Origin: a virus
Taxonomy: Duplodnaviria > Heunggongvirae > Uroviricota > Caudoviricetes
Strand: one strand, 5' to 3'
DNA length: 43,689 nucleotides
Virus record (IMG/VR): IMGVR_UViG_3300045988_038444
Coordinates: 1 to 43,689 of that record
Each line of letters starts with the position of its first letter. The first letter of the stretch is position 1. A program made the position numbers and the translations under genes. This document shows, piece after piece, positions 29,178 to 38,200 of this stretch. Under the pieces are notes generated by a model, which was not told the origin of the DNA, did no database searches, and worked only from the letters and a program-made list of their open reading frames with translations.

Positions 29178-30137
29178 TCACGGGATAACATTTATATCTT
29201 GAGGGAGAGAATAAGCAACCCGGCAACGACAATTAATCACGTTCGCAGCACTACCGTTAGGATCACGAGGAAACATAAGTGGTCCTAACGGCGTTGAAAA
29301 CGGTCTGTCCATTGGTATCCAGCCGTTCGTTTCACCTGTAGAAATATGCGCATCACGTGTCCGACCATCTTTTCTATATAACCAGCGCTTCAGCAATTCA
29401 TTACTAATAGCCCCGGTAATCTGTCCCTGACGTATTGCCTGATCCTGACCAACTGATACAGCACGAAGTGATTCAGTACGCGCTATTGTCTCTGTACGCT
29501 GTTTTACATAACGCAAGCGTGTCTGTTCGATTATCTGGTCAATCTTCACCTGTGATAGTTTCCCGGCACTTACAGCGTTCTTCGCACTGTCTGTAACAGT
29601 GGTCAGACTGTTCACATAACCTGCTTCACCTTTTTCCAGTGCTGATCGTAGACGTTGAACCGTCATTTCCTGCCGTGTGGTTAACCCTATTGATGATCGA
29701 AAATCACGGGCTATCTGACGCGGATTTCGTCCGGTTACCATACCCTGGTTAACTGCAATCTGAACAGCTTTGACTGTTTCGTCACTGACTTCACGGATCA
29801 GTTGTCCGACATAGTTGTTGATATATGTGCTGACCTGTGGGGTGACCAGACTGAACACAACCGGACCTGTTACAGCCGCTTTCGGTAGAACCTGAACGAC
29901 TACACGACCTGATTCAGCGATCGCATCTTCAATAACCGGGCGCAACTGTGCACTAAGTTCATCAGGAAGTGTTTCAAGAATGGGGAGTAACCCGGCAATA
30001 CCTTGGGTTTCAATAATGTATTCCAGGTTGGCTAACGACTCACTACGACGCACGTTTTCCCACACAACATCAAGTGCTTCGCGAATGCGAGCGTCATACT
30101 TGTCTGAAATATCCGGGTATGGGTCTTTAGTAGCCAT
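29178..30137 (-). CDS. head morphogenesis protein (Mu F / SPP1 gp7 family)
   Basis: 319 aa. The C-terminal ...TRDAH...NCRCRV motif is typical of the family. Confidence 0.8.
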   Translation of the reverse strand: MATKDPYPDISDKYDARIREALDVVWENVRRSESLANLEYIIETQGIAGLLPILETLPDELSAQLRPVIEDAIAESGRVVVQVLPKAAVTGPVVFSLVTPQVSTYINNYVGQLIREVSDETVKAVQIAVNQGMVTGRNPRQIARDFRSSIGLTTRQEMTVQRLRSALEKGEAGYVNSLTTVTDSAKNAVSAGKLSQVKIDQIIEQTRLRYVKQRTETIARTESLRAVSVGQDQAIRQGQITGAISNELLKRWLYRKDGRTRDAHISTGETNGWIPMDRPFSTPLGPLMFPRDPNGSAANVINCRCRVAYSLPQDINVIP

Positions 30138-30144
30138 AAAAAAG

Positions 30145-30166
30145 CCTCAGTTAACACACTGAGGCC
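30145..30166 (-). terminator. hairpin with T-run directly upstream of the head morphogenesis ATG (attenuator/terminator)
   Basis: On the minus strand: GCCTCAG-TGTGTTAA-CTGAGGC then TTTTTT then ATG. Confidence 0.5.
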
Positions 30167-30180
30167 GATTATATCACGTG

Positions 30181-30324
30181 TTACGGACGTGGAAGATTAC
30201 GTTTTTCAGTTCCCTGAATGCGGTTCTTAACTTCGCGGATCTGTTCTTCCAGAAACTGTAACGCTTTTTGTGCTCGTTCGTAGTCTATTTCAAGTTCACG
30301 TAATAATTTTTCATCTTTTGTCAC
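30181..30324 (-). CDS. possible small coiled-coil protein (47 aa, GTG start)
   Basis: VTKDEKLLRELEIDYERAQKALQFLEEQIREVKNRIQGTEKRNLPRP fills an otherwise empty gap. Below the track cutoff. Confidence 0.35.
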   Translation of the reverse strand: MTKDEKLLRELEIDYERAQKALQFLEEQIREVKNRIQGTEKRNLPRP

Positions 30325-30505
30325 GATTATAACGTCCTTTAAAACCGGGTCTGACCATCAACTTACCATTCACCACCGCGTGAAATTCACCATTGGTGTC
30401 ATCCATATATTTATAAACTGTCGCTTTGTTACACCCAATCCTCCTAGCAAGTTCTGTCACGTTGCCATAAACGGTGGGTAGTAATTCAGAAATAGTTTGA
30501 ACCAT
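30311..30505 (-). CDS. small helix-turn-helix DNA-binding protein
   Basis: 64 aa. VTELARRIGCNKATVYKYM is a classic HTH segment. Basic C-terminus. Confidence 0.6.
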   Translation of the reverse strand: MVQTISELLPTVYGNVTELARRIGCNKATVYKYMDDTNGEFHAVVNGKLMVRPGFKGRYNRDKR

Positions 30506-30687
30506 TATAATAGTTCCCCTCTGTCACGTGCCACACGTTCGATTAACCGAATCGTGGCAGACCGTTTATCACCGTCATAAGGTTCTTCATAACGAAGATC
30601 GTCTGTGAAAACGATTTGTTCACGGTCACAGTGAATAACAATAATGTCGTATTTGACCAGAAGGTCGAATGCTTGTTCACCGTTCAT
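30505..30687 (-). CDS. hypothetical acidic protein (60 aa)
   Basis: ORF in the track. Start and stop overlap the neighbouring genes. Confidence 0.5.
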   Translation of the reverse strand: MNGEQAFDLLVKYDIIVIHCDREQIVFTDDLRYEEPYDGDKRSATIRLIERVARDRGELL

Positions 30688-31312
30688 CGTTAAGATATTC
30701 CTCTGCGTGTAATGCTGCGTAACTGATCAGATCTTCCAGACTGTCACGATGTGGTGTTTCAGTGTCGGAATAGAAACGAACCGCTTTTAACAACATCAGG
30801 AACAACCATCCTTCACCCGGTGTTAAATCGCGCCCGGTAATTGTGTTAAACGCAGCAACGATTTTAGCTGACGAACGTTCCTGACCAGACGTGTCATACT
30901 GCTTACCACGTTCTGTCAGTAGCTGTTCAGCCTGTTTCAGTAAATCAGACGCTGTTGATGGTTGTTGAACAGGTGTGAATAGATGCGCCAGGTGTAAGTC
31001 TGCTAATGACTGTTGTTTATATTTTGTTATTTCATCATTAGTACGAATAGAATAACCATGTATGGCTAACTTGTCGTCATTAACACGAGTAACCATTACA
31101 TCCCGTGGTGAGACTGCAGGACGTTTTTCAACGATTTCCCAGAAATTTTCACTGCTCATTGTAAATTCAGTACCTGTTTCAATTCTTATCATGCGTGCAG
31201 ATACACGGGGTTCTTCTGACCAGTGATAGTCAACACTGAATTTATTAATTTTTGGTTTAACAACACAAGTAGCCCAGTCCGGTGCTTCACTCCAGTTAAT
31301 GTTATGCATCAT
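30677..31312 (-). CDS. hypothetical protein with a DUF6378 / dGTP-dATP-diphosphohydrolase-N-like C-terminal domain
   Basis: The start is taken at MMHNINW (GAGG, 5 nt, ATG 31312). ERGKQYD...AFNTITGRDLTPGEGWLFLMLLKAVR...HRDSLEDLISYA resembles that helical family (from memory). Confidence 0.4.
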   Translation of the reverse strand: MMHNINWSEAPDWATCVVKPKINKFSVDYHWSEEPRVSARMIRIETGTEFTMSSENFWEIVEKRPAVSPRDVMVTRVNDDKLAIHGYSIRTNDEITKYKQQSLADLHLAHLFTPVQQPSTASDLLKQAEQLLTERGKQYDTSGQERSSAKIVAAFNTITGRDLTPGEGWLFLMLLKAVRFYSDTETPHRDSLEDLISYAALHAEEYLNDER

Positions 31313-31342
31313 TCGTTCCTCATTGGTTAACGTTGACAGAAG

Positions 31343-31385
31343 TTTAAAATAATTCTTGACACATTGCAAGCAGTAACACTAACAT
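31343..31385 (+). promoter_or_regulatory. conserved sigma70 promoter cassette P4
   Basis: TTTAAAATAATTC + TTGACA (31356-31361), 17-18 nt, CTAACA/TAACAT. Confidence 0.65.
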
Positions 31386-31419
31386 TTGTCACGAACGAAA
31401 CACACTGAGGAATCAAACA

Positions 31420-31923
31420 ATGACTAACCTGTATATCAAAAAACTAACACCCCACGCTGAACTTCCAACACGTGTAACACCAGACAGCGCCGGGTTAGAC
31501 GTTCGTGCTTGCCTATGGGAAGAATCGGTAACTATATTCACAGAATCAGGCGCTAAAGTGGAACGTCCGGTTGTTGCAGGAACAATCGCATTATGGCCCG
31601 GCGACCGCGCTATGATCCCCACTGGTCTGAAAATGTCAGTTGATAACGGATATTGCATTAAATTTTATCCACGTTCCGGCATGAGTCTTAAACACGGTTT
31701 GTCACTGATCAACTGTGTGGGTATCGGTGATCGTGATTACAAAGAAGAATACTACGTTACGCTGACTAACCACGGACAGAAATTACAGACTATCGCAGAC
31801 GGTGAACGCGTTTGCCAGCTTATGGTTGAACGTGTCGAACCTGTTAATCTGGTTGAAGTGGAAGAATTACCAGATGTTGATAGTCAGCGTAATGGCGGGT
31901 TTGGATCAACAGGACGGGTATGA
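31420..31923 (+). CDS. dut: dUTP diphosphatase (trimeric dUTPase)
   Basis: Motifs AGLDV, YPRSG, GIGDRDYKEE, RVCQL and the C-terminal RNGGFGSTG. Confidence 0.9.
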   Translation: MTNLYIKKLTPHAELPTRVTPDSAGLDVRACLWEESVTIFTESGAKVERPVVAGTIALWPGDRAMIPTGLKMSVDNGYCIKFYPRSGMSLKHGLSLINCVGIGDRDYKEEYYVTLTNHGQKLQTIADGERVCQLMVERVEPVNLVEVEELPDVDSQRNGGFGSTGRV

Positions 31924-32249
31924 TGAACAATCGTGATTTATTAGTCAACGCAGCACGGGCTGCTGAAATCCAGGGTAAATATTACGTCGCGTACGACGAA
32001 CGTTATATAAACGAAGGTATTGATATAGGTAATGGTCGCCTGTGGAACCCTCTTACACGTAATGAGGATGCTTTCAGTCTGATGGTTAACATGTACATGG
32101 ATCTGGATGTTCGTGACAACGAAGTGACGGTTAATAACCCTGACACTGGCGTTAGTTATAAGCAACCAGTTAGCCACGGAGAAGATCGTGAAAAAGCAAC
32201 GCGTTTAGCGATCGTCAACTGTGCAGCAATTGTGGGGTCGTATTTATGA
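31920..32249 (+). CDS. hypothetical protein (109 aa)
   Basis: ATGA overlap with dut. Confidence 0.55.
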   Translation: MMNNRDLLVNAARAAEIQGKYYVAYDERYINEGIDIGNGRLWNPLTRNEDAFSLMVNMYMDLDVRDNEVTVNNPDTGVSYKQPVSHGEDREKATRLAIVNCAAIVGSYL

Positions 32250-32494
32250 CGATATTTAAAAACTCAATGGGCGATACTGTCGCGTATCTACCGAAAGTCA
32301 TTATTGCAGATCCATCCTGTGTTGATTACCCACACTGCAAGCAATCTGAAGCGACCTACAACGACCTGTGCGCTGATATTATGCGTGGTTGTGACATCGG
32401 TATTGAACGACTTCAGAAACTGCGGGAGGAATACGAAAAACGGTCTGTTCAGGCAGCAATGGGTTTACCGCCTGTATACGATAATTTAAAATAA
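32246..32494 (+). CDS. hypothetical protein (82 aa)
   Basis: ATGA overlap upstream. Its last codons lie inside promoter cassette P5. Confidence 0.55.
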   Translation: MTIFKNSMGDTVAYLPKVIIADPSCVDYPHCKQSEATYNDLCADIMRGCDIGIERLQKLREEYEKRSVQAAMGLPPVYDNLK

Positions 32495-32526
32495 TTCTTG
32501 ACGGATTACACAAGGACGTGTAACCT
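32485..32526 (+). promoter_or_regulatory. conserved sigma70 promoter cassette P5
   Basis: TTTAAAATAATTC + TTGACG (32498-32503), 17 nt, TAACCT (32521-32526). Promoter plus leader closely match P1 across 72 bp. Confidence 0.7.
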
Positions 32527-32556
32527 ACAAACATCAAAACAAAGGAGGACACAATC

Positions 32557-32901
32557 ATGTTATTCGCTATTTTATGGGTTCTTTTCTCTCTGATTATCGC
32601 GGGTGTTGCCAAACAAACGGGTCGCAACCCTGGTGCATGGTTCTTTATCGCATTTCTCACAAGTCCTGTGATCGGTGGTCTGATTCTGTTAATCGCATAT
32701 CTGTTTAACGGTAAGGTCGTAAGGGAACAACCGAAAGTGGTAACCACGGGGATGTTTAGTAACTACCTTGCAGCCTATAACTATGTTAATGAACATTACA
32801 CCATTGATACTGACTACCGGGCAGAAGCAGCCAGTGACCTGTTTAAGTATGCTACCTGTCGCGAGGACTGTGATAAACTGATCGCGAAGTACGTTAACTG
32901 A
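32557..32901 (+). CDS. membrane protein (two N-terminal TMDs)
   Basis: MLFAILWVLFSLIIAGVA...AWFFIAFLTSPVIGGLILLIAYLF followed by a soluble tail. RBS AGGAGG. Confidence 0.6.
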   Translation: MLFAILWVLFSLIIAGVAKQTGRNPGAWFFIAFLTSPVIGGLILLIAYLFNGKVVREQPKVVTTGMFSNYLAAYNYVNEHYTIDTDYRAEAASDLFKYATCREDCDKLIAKYVN

Positions 32902-32916
32902 CAGGAGAAAACTTAA

Positions 32917-33249
32917 ATGCGTTTTGAAATTCTTGAGCTTGTTAAATATGACAAGACTGCTGCTGAAATTCTGGTTGATGCAGTTGCTGACAACGAAGTG
33001 AAATTTAAACTACTTAACAAGGTCTGGAAATACATTGTAACCACGACTATTGTTGAGCAAGCATCACAGTTTAAAGAAGTTGTTGCTGATATGTACGCGT
33101 TCACTGGCGATGATGAGGTTAAACTACAACTGCTTGATAAAACGCTGGAACGTGCGATCAACAACAGTTATCCGTTACAGACTCGTATTCAGACTGCGGT
33201 TGATGAAGCGAGTAAATTACTGTCAATCGTGCAGCCTGAAACTAAGTAA
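32917..33249 (+). CDS. hypothetical protein (110 aa)
   Basis: ORF in the track with RBS AGGAGA. Followed by a terminator. Confidence 0.55.
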   Translation: MRFEILELVKYDKTAAEILVDAVADNEVKFKLLNKVWKYIVTTTIVEQASQFKEVVADMYAFTGDDEVKLQLLDKTLERAINNSYPLQTRIQTAVDEASKLLSIVQPETK

Positions 33250-33254
33250 AAATT

Positions 33255-33279
33255 AAGGGACCAGAAACGGTCCCTTTTT
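33255..33279. terminator. bidirectional intrinsic terminator (plus island / portal gene)
   Basis: AAGGGACC-AGAAAC-GGTCCCTT followed by TTT, with an A/T-rich tract upstream. Confidence 0.7.
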
Positions 33280-33282
33280 AAT

Positions 33283-34638
33283 TCAGTCGTCAATAGACGG
33301 TAACCCATCCCCGGCTTTATCAATCCCCGTAATAGGTAGACCCGCCTCTTTATATACGTATTCCTGAAGGTCTGGATCCGGGAATACAGGCGCGCCAGCT
33401 TGTGCAAGTCGTGCAAGTGCAGTGGTCAACGTTTCGATACTGTCTTTACTGATCGACCCGGCGCGAATCGACGGGCGGTATTCATCAGGAAATGCGTTTA
33501 ACGACCATAACTGCGGTATCAACTGACGATTAACACATTCTACAATGCTGTCAATACGTGATTGCATTGCGCGGATCCATAATTCAGTACGACTACCCAG
33601 GTTAGCATTATTCCCGGTATTACCACCCGTTCCGAAAAACATGAAATCAGCCAGTAACGCACGGGCAATACTGGTATCCAGGCGTTTAATCGTCCGGTCA
33701 ATATCCACAGAACTGGTCTGATTAGGTGTAACGAATTCCAGTTTCACCTGTTGTTCACCACCATACGTGGTAACACCTGTTTCGTTATCGTAACCCGTGA
33801 TATACGGTTTAGAATAAATCACCAGTCCTGATTGTTCATTGCGTTTGATATTAGCGACGATGTTTTCATAGTTATCAATCATCGCCTGTGCTGCCTGACG
33901 TTGTTGTTCAGGAACGTTGGGGTCATTAGCCGCTTTCTTAATATCTGCGTTAACAGTAATTACCGGGAACCCTGTACCACGTTCGGCAAGTATGGATTCG
34001 ATTTCCATATTCACTTTTTTGTAGTACCACGGACGATAAGCTGTGCGCAGCAGTGATAAACCTTCCGGGTTACCTTTATTCGGACTTGAAATCAAATGAA
34101 GCGAACGGTCACGCGTGATTAACGTCGTTGTACCCTGGTTAGGTGAACGTTGATAAATACCACGAACATAACCTGTCGGTTCTTCAATGTCCCAGCCAGC
34201 AAGCGTTTCAGGTGCTACAGGAACCAGACGGGCAATACCCACCGTGCCATCATCAAGGTCTTTCACCCAGATGTCATACCAACCCCAGCCAAACACATCA
34301 ACGTCTGTCCATGTCTGAACGAACGCGGACCAGGTATCGTCCGGGAGTGCACCACGCGGATCACCCATTTTATTTTCAACAGCATCCTGTAACCATTCTG
34401 AATAACGAATAGCTTCTGGATCATCTTTGTCAGACGGGTCAAAAATCCACTGTACAGAACGATAAACGCTACTCATAGCGAATAACACACCGCCAATAGT
34501 TTCGTCGTTCTCAGCCATCTGACGCAGAATACGACGGCCTTGTTTACCGTTCAGCTTAGGAAGGAAATCGTCGTTTACCTGGTTGCCTGTTCGACTGTAC
34601 CCGGCAACGGCTAGTTGTTCGAATTGTTGATCAGCCAT
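33283..34638 (-). CDS. portal protein
   Basis: 451 aa. RBS GGAG. The N-terminal ...GKQGRRILRQMAENDETIGGVLFAM... is typical of siphovirus portal proteins, and the gene sits upstream of the head genes. Confidence 0.8.
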   Translation of the reverse strand: MADQQFEQLAVAGYSRTGNQVNDDFLPKLNGKQGRRILRQMAENDETIGGVLFAMSSVYRSVQWIFDPSDKDDPEAIRYSEWLQDAVENKMGDPRGALPDDTWSAFVQTWTDVDVFGWGWYDIWVKDLDDGTVGIARLVPVAPETLAGWDIEEPTGYVRGIYQRSPNQGTTTLITRDRSLHLISSPNKGNPEGLSLLRTAYRPWYYKKVNMEIESILAERGTGFPVITVNADIKKAANDPNVPEQQRQAAQAMIDNYENIVANIKRNEQSGLVIYSKPYITGYDNETGVTTYGGEQQVKLEFVTPNQTSSVDIDRTIKRLDTSIARALLADFMFFGTGGNTGNNANLGSRTELWIRAMQSRIDSIVECVNRQLIPQLWSLNAFPDEYRPSIRAGSISKDSIETLTTALARLAQAGAPVFPDPDLQEYVYKEAGLPITGIDKAGDGLPSIDD

Positions 34639-34708
34639 GTTCTACAGGCTCCATACGGTTTACGGTTCTTAACGTATGTTATATCAGTGATGGTTTTTTT
34701 GCACGGTG

Positions 34709-34749
34709 TTAAAATAATTCTTGACGAATTGCAAACGTGCGATTATGCT
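34709..34749 (+). promoter_or_regulatory. conserved sigma70 promoter cassette P6
   Basis: TTAAAATAATTC + TTGACG (34721-34726), 17 nt, TATGCT (34744-34749). Confidence 0.7.
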
Positions 34750-34780
34750 TTAGTCATCAAATGAACGAAGGGTGATAACT

Positions 34781-35092
34781 ATGAAACCGAATGAAAATAT
34801 TACACAACTGGATATTGCTTTTGGACCTAAAAACATTGCTGAATTTCTCCCGGCGATGGGTAGTATTCCGAAAGAATTTTTCGAAAATTCTAACCCGTGG
34901 AATCAGTGGGTCAGCAAATGGTTCTTCAACGGTCTGAAAGAATACGCAGTTGCTGTTGAAGGTGTGAACTTTAAAGATGCTCACGCGCATATCAAAGTGA
35001 TCCTGGGTAGTTTCGAACCTAAACACGAACATAAAATTGCCGGGTGTGCGTATCTCGCGTCAATGTGGTTTGTACCGGAGACAGTTAAATGA
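34781..35092 (+). CDS. hypothetical protein (103 aa)
   Basis: ATG 34781 follows GAAGGG. The track start (GTG 34772) lies within the RBS. Confidence 0.55.
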   Translation: MKPNENITQLDIAFGPKNIAEFLPAMGSIPKEFFENSNPWNQWVSKWFFNGLKEYAVAVEGVNFKDAHAHIKVILGSFEPKHEHKIAGCAYLASMWFVPETVK

Positions 35093-35235
35093 ATCCAAGA
35101 AATATTAGTCGCCCGTGGGTTGAAAATTCACGCTCCGATCACTTCGAACGCCGTAAAGCAGAAGTTAAACGCTTGGTTGCCGCTGGTCACACTAAAAAAC
35201 GTGCACAACAAATTGCTAAAAGTAAGGGGTTTTGA
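35089..35235 (+). CDS. hypothetical basic protein (48 aa)
   Basis: ATGA overlap with the upstream gene. Encodes MNPRNISRPWVENSRSDHFERRKAEVKRLVAAGHTKKRAQQIAKSKGF. Below the track cutoff. Confidence 0.4.
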   Translation: MNPRNISRPWVENSRSDHFERRKAEVKRLVAAGHTKKRAQQIAKSKGF

Positions 35236-35238
35236 ATT

Positions 35239-35397
35239 ATGGTATATGTTCTGATTTTCATTCTTAGTAGTAACATGATCGGTAGTGCTGAATTTAATAG
35301 TAAATCTGCATGTGAACAAGTAAACAAAGATATTCGTACAGCCGGACACCACGTGTGGGCGAAATGTTATCCGAAAGGTATGATAAACGGAGAATAA
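35239..35397 (+). CDS. small protein with a hydrophobic N-terminus (52 aa)
   Basis: MVYVLIFILSSNMIGSAEF... Fills the gap on the coding strand. Below the track cutoff. Confidence 0.4.
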   Translation: MVYVLIFILSSNMIGSAEFNSKSACEQVNKDIRTAGHHVWAKCYPKGMINGE

Positions 35398-35399
35398 TC

Positions 35400-35735
35400 A
35401 TGAATCATGTAAACGCTATTCGCTGTAATGATGAATATCAGTGTTCACACTGTGGTAAATCGTGGGATATCCACGAAGAAGCGCCAGATTGTAAAATGAC
35501 ACTGGTTAGTGCAGATGTGTATAAAACTGTCAATTATTTTGGTTTGTCTTTAACTGTTCCTGAAGATATTGACTATATAGCCACGAATAGTTACGGGGTT
35601 GTTTACGGGTATTTTAGTGAACCAGAACTATGTGATGAATTTTGGGATAATCATCGTTACGGTATCCCAAAAGTGAGGCTTGCAACTGTAAACCTACACG
35701 GGCTGAACTGGCGGGAGACTCTAAGAAAATGTTAA
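35400..35735 (+). CDS. hypothetical protein (111 aa) with an N-terminal CxxC pair
   Basis: ATG 35400 follows GGAGAA. The track start at 35355 overlaps the previous small ORF. Confidence 0.55.
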   Translation: MNHVNAIRCNDEYQCSHCGKSWDIHEEAPDCKMTLVSADVYKTVNYFGLSLTVPEDIDYIATNSYGVVYGYFSEPELCDEFWDNHRYGIPKVRLATVNLHGLNWRETLRKC

Positions 35736-35890
35736 TTGGCTATGTACTGGTGCTTGTTCTACACGGTGTGGCTATTGAACCTGTGACAGAACGTATTATG
35801 ACGTTCGAACAGTGTCAGGGTGCTTTACAAGCTGAACAGGCTTACAACCCTGATAAAAATTACGGGTGTGCTGAAGTTTATCGGGACTAA
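35729..35890 (+). CDS. small protein with a hydrophobic N-terminus (53 aa)
   Basis: MLIGYVLVLVLHGVAIEP... Overlaps the upstream stop. Same architecture as 35239-35397. Confidence 0.4.
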   Translation: MLIGYVLVLVLHGVAIEPVTERIMTFEQCQGALQAEQAYNPDKNYGCAEVYRD

Positions 35891-35977
35891 TTATTATGGA
35901 ATACATGTACATTGCTTTCTCACTTCTGTTAATGATTGTTGTCGTTATTACAACTGAGAAAAAAAGAACAAGGTGTG

Positions 35978-36172
35978 ATGGGTTTAGCAGTTGCTCTGAT
36001 TCGTGTTCTTTCAATCATGTTGCTGGTAACCAGTTTTTCAATTGCTTTTGACATCGTGGAATTACAAAGCGATTATTACGGTTTTGTGAAACTTCAACAT
36101 CAGTTGACATACGCCGTCATATTCGGTTTAGGTTCTGTTAGCCTCGCTGTTCTTTCATCTTTCAGACATTGA
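35978..36172 (+). CDS. small membrane protein (64 aa); may extend upstream to 35896 through an A7 run
   Basis: MGLAVALIRVLSIMLLVTSFSIAF...AVIFGLGSVSLAVLSSF has two TMDs. An upstream ORF from ATG 35896 encodes another TMD in the -1-offset frame. Confidence 0.45.
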   Translation: MGLAVALIRVLSIMLLVTSFSIAFDIVELQSDYYGFVKLQHQLTYAVIFGLGSVSLAVLSSFRH

Positions 36173-36198
36173 AAAAAAGCCCCGGACAGTTCCGGGGC
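36172..36198 (-). terminator. intrinsic terminator (minus strand), second of two after terL
   Basis: GCCCCGGA-N4-TCCGGGGC followed on the minus strand by T7. Confidence 0.65.
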
Positions 36199-36261
36199 GA
36201 AGTCGATTAGTAAAACGTGAACGCGGAAAACTGTAATGGTACTATGAACGGACTGGTAAAC

Positions 36262-36291
36262 CCTCTGAAAACGGGCGGGAATAATCCCGCC
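36262..36291 (-). terminator. intrinsic terminator immediately after terL (minus strand)
   Basis: On the minus strand: GGCGGGA-TTAT-TCCCGCC followed by CGTTTTC. Confidence 0.55.
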
Positions 36292-36299
36292 ACACTGTT

Positions 36300-38063
36300 T
36301 TAAAAAATGTCACCGTATTCAGGAGTACCAACAGGATTCACACTACCAGTAAATGGTTCTTCGACAAATTCGGTGCGTTTTGGTGATAGTGCAATAACCG
36401 CAGCGTCGAAAAAGTTTGGTGACTTACTTCCGTTTGGTTTCTTGTCGATCACAATCTTCCCGGCACCGTTACTGGTATACGTTGGCTGACTTAACTCAGC
36501 TTCTAACCGTTGTGCGTTTTCCAGTGACGGATCAATCAGAATGATTTCGTCCGGATCCTGTGGTTGACCTTCCACATACCATTTATAAATTCGCTGACAA
36601 CGCAGGCGTAACGCCCACGATGCTTGTGCTTTATAATTTGAGAAATAATCTTTGTTTGATTTACGGTCTTTGTCACCAGGTTTTGTACCACCGATAATAT
36701 CACCACCCGGATCCACAACTTTTCCATTCGGTAACCACGGGCGCACACGGAAGCGTAAAATATCTTTCCGGTCATTTGCCGCTACTTTAACGCCTGTACC
36801 AACACCGTTAACTTCGTACCAGTATTCATCAACACCCAGCATATTAGCCATCGTCAACATTCCCGGTGCAGCCAGTTCAGCACCCCTGTGGTCAAGTTGC
36901 AGATGTGTCAGGAATACACCGTGAGCAATTACCAGCGCACTGGCATCTTCCCCACCGTCTGCTGCGTCCTGTCCGGCAATACGTTGACCTGTTGGTGTAA
37001 GTAGTCCATTAACTTTGCGCCATTCTGTGTCACGGAAAGCGTCAAAAGCAGCGCGTACCCATTCAGCTTTAATCAACACCCCCTGAACAGCAGCGGCATA
37101 ATCGCGGTCAACTTCCTGTGCGAAAATATGCTGTAAACCTTTTTCAGCGAACGATTGTTTTTCTCGCTTATACCATTCATCGTCTTTAGCCGGGTGATCA
37201 CGCCAGTCAAGAACCATTACACGCAATTTACCACGGGGTAATTTCTTGCCCGGTTCCCATTCCAGACCAGCTTTACGATTACGATAAAAAACGTTACCAA
37301 CACCGTTAACTGAACTGATGTCGATACGAACGTTGGTGTTAGCTGACAACGACGCTTCAATCAGTTCAGGACGGTCTACGTGTGCCGCTTCGTCCAAGAA
37401 GTAGACAGATTTACGACCACCACGACCGATGTTGTCACCAGCTTCACCAGTAATTGTTGCACCGTTTTCAGGGTTGATACATTTCATGTAAACCAGATGG
37501 TCTTTTTCACGCAGACCAACAGGACGTAATTCCGGTGGTAATGCGCGGATAATCTGGCGAATCTTTTCAAAAATACTATCCGGGTCACCCAGTTTATCGA
37601 CAAGCTGCTCTTTACGTGACCCCCAGCCAACTGAAGAACCAGGACGATACAGCCACGCCCACACGGATAAACCACAGGCTACCCAGGTCGCACCATAGTC
37701 TCGTGATTTTTCCCAAAGTCCTTTTTCTTTGTCTTCAAGCGCTTCATAAACAAACTGAACCATATCGATCTGACGTTCGAAAAGGCAGAAAGGCATGTTG
37801 GGTGGATATTCAGTACCGACGTTACGCGGGTCGTAAGTAAACGCCCAGTCGAGGATAAACGCTACCGGGTTTGTTTCGTAATACTTTTTCAGCACCGGGA
37901 CAATTGCCCGATCCGTGCGCATACGGTTTAACAGGTTAATACGGTCAATGTAACACTGCTTGTAATCCGGGCGTGGCTGACCTTTTCGCCAGATACGTTC
38001 GTCATTTGCGTAGGCATCACGCCAGCGCGGGTAATTATGAATATTTCCAGTAAACTTATTCAT
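36300..38063 (-). CDS. terL: terminase large subunit
   Basis: 587 aa. N-terminal ATPase region (...EKSRDYGATW..., VYFLDEAAHV Walker-B-like) and a C-terminal nuclease-type region. Confidence 0.88.
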   Translation of the reverse strand: MNKFTGNIHNYPRWRDAYANDERIWRKGQPRPDYKQCYIDRINLLNRMRTDRAIVPVLKKYYETNPVAFILDWAFTYDPRNVGTEYPPNMPFCLFERQIDMVQFVYEALEDKEKGLWEKSRDYGATWVACGLSVWAWLYRPGSSVGWGSRKEQLVDKLGDPDSIFEKIRQIIRALPPELRPVGLREKDHLVYMKCINPENGATITGEAGDNIGRGGRKSVYFLDEAAHVDRPELIEASLSANTNVRIDISSVNGVGNVFYRNRKAGLEWEPGKKLPRGKLRVMVLDWRDHPAKDDEWYKREKQSFAEKGLQHIFAQEVDRDYAAAVQGVLIKAEWVRAAFDAFRDTEWRKVNGLLTPTGQRIAGQDAADGGEDASALVIAHGVFLTHLQLDHRGAELAAPGMLTMANMLGVDEYWYEVNGVGTGVKVAANDRKDILRFRVRPWLPNGKVVDPGGDIIGGTKPGDKDRKSNKDYFSNYKAQASWALRLRCQRIYKWYVEGQPQDPDEIILIDPSLENAQRLEAELSQPTYTSNGAGKIVIDKKPNGSKSPNFFDAAVIALSPKRTEFVEEPFTGSVNPVGTPEYGDIF

Positions 38064-38094
38064 GGTTATCGGCCCGTTTGTAACTGTTCTGTAT

Positions 38095-38122
38095 AGTTTA
38101 CCACGGGTGATTGGTGGTGACA
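38095..38122 (-). promoter_or_regulatory. candidate minus-strand promoter for terL (TGTCAC, 16 nt, TAAACT)
   Basis: Same geometry and the same CCCGTGGTAAACT core as the region upstream of the tape measure gene. Back-to-back with P7. Confidence 0.35.
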
Positions 38123-38126
38123 GAGA

Positions 38127-38168
38127 TTTAAAATAATTCTTGACAGATTGCAGAAGTGGTGTCAGACT
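38127..38168 (+). promoter_or_regulatory. conserved sigma70 promoter cassette P7
   Basis: TTTAAAATAATTC + TTGACA (38140-38145), 17 nt, CAGACT. Confidence 0.6.
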
Positions 38169-38200
38169 CTGATTATCAATTGAACAGGAGTAACACAGGT

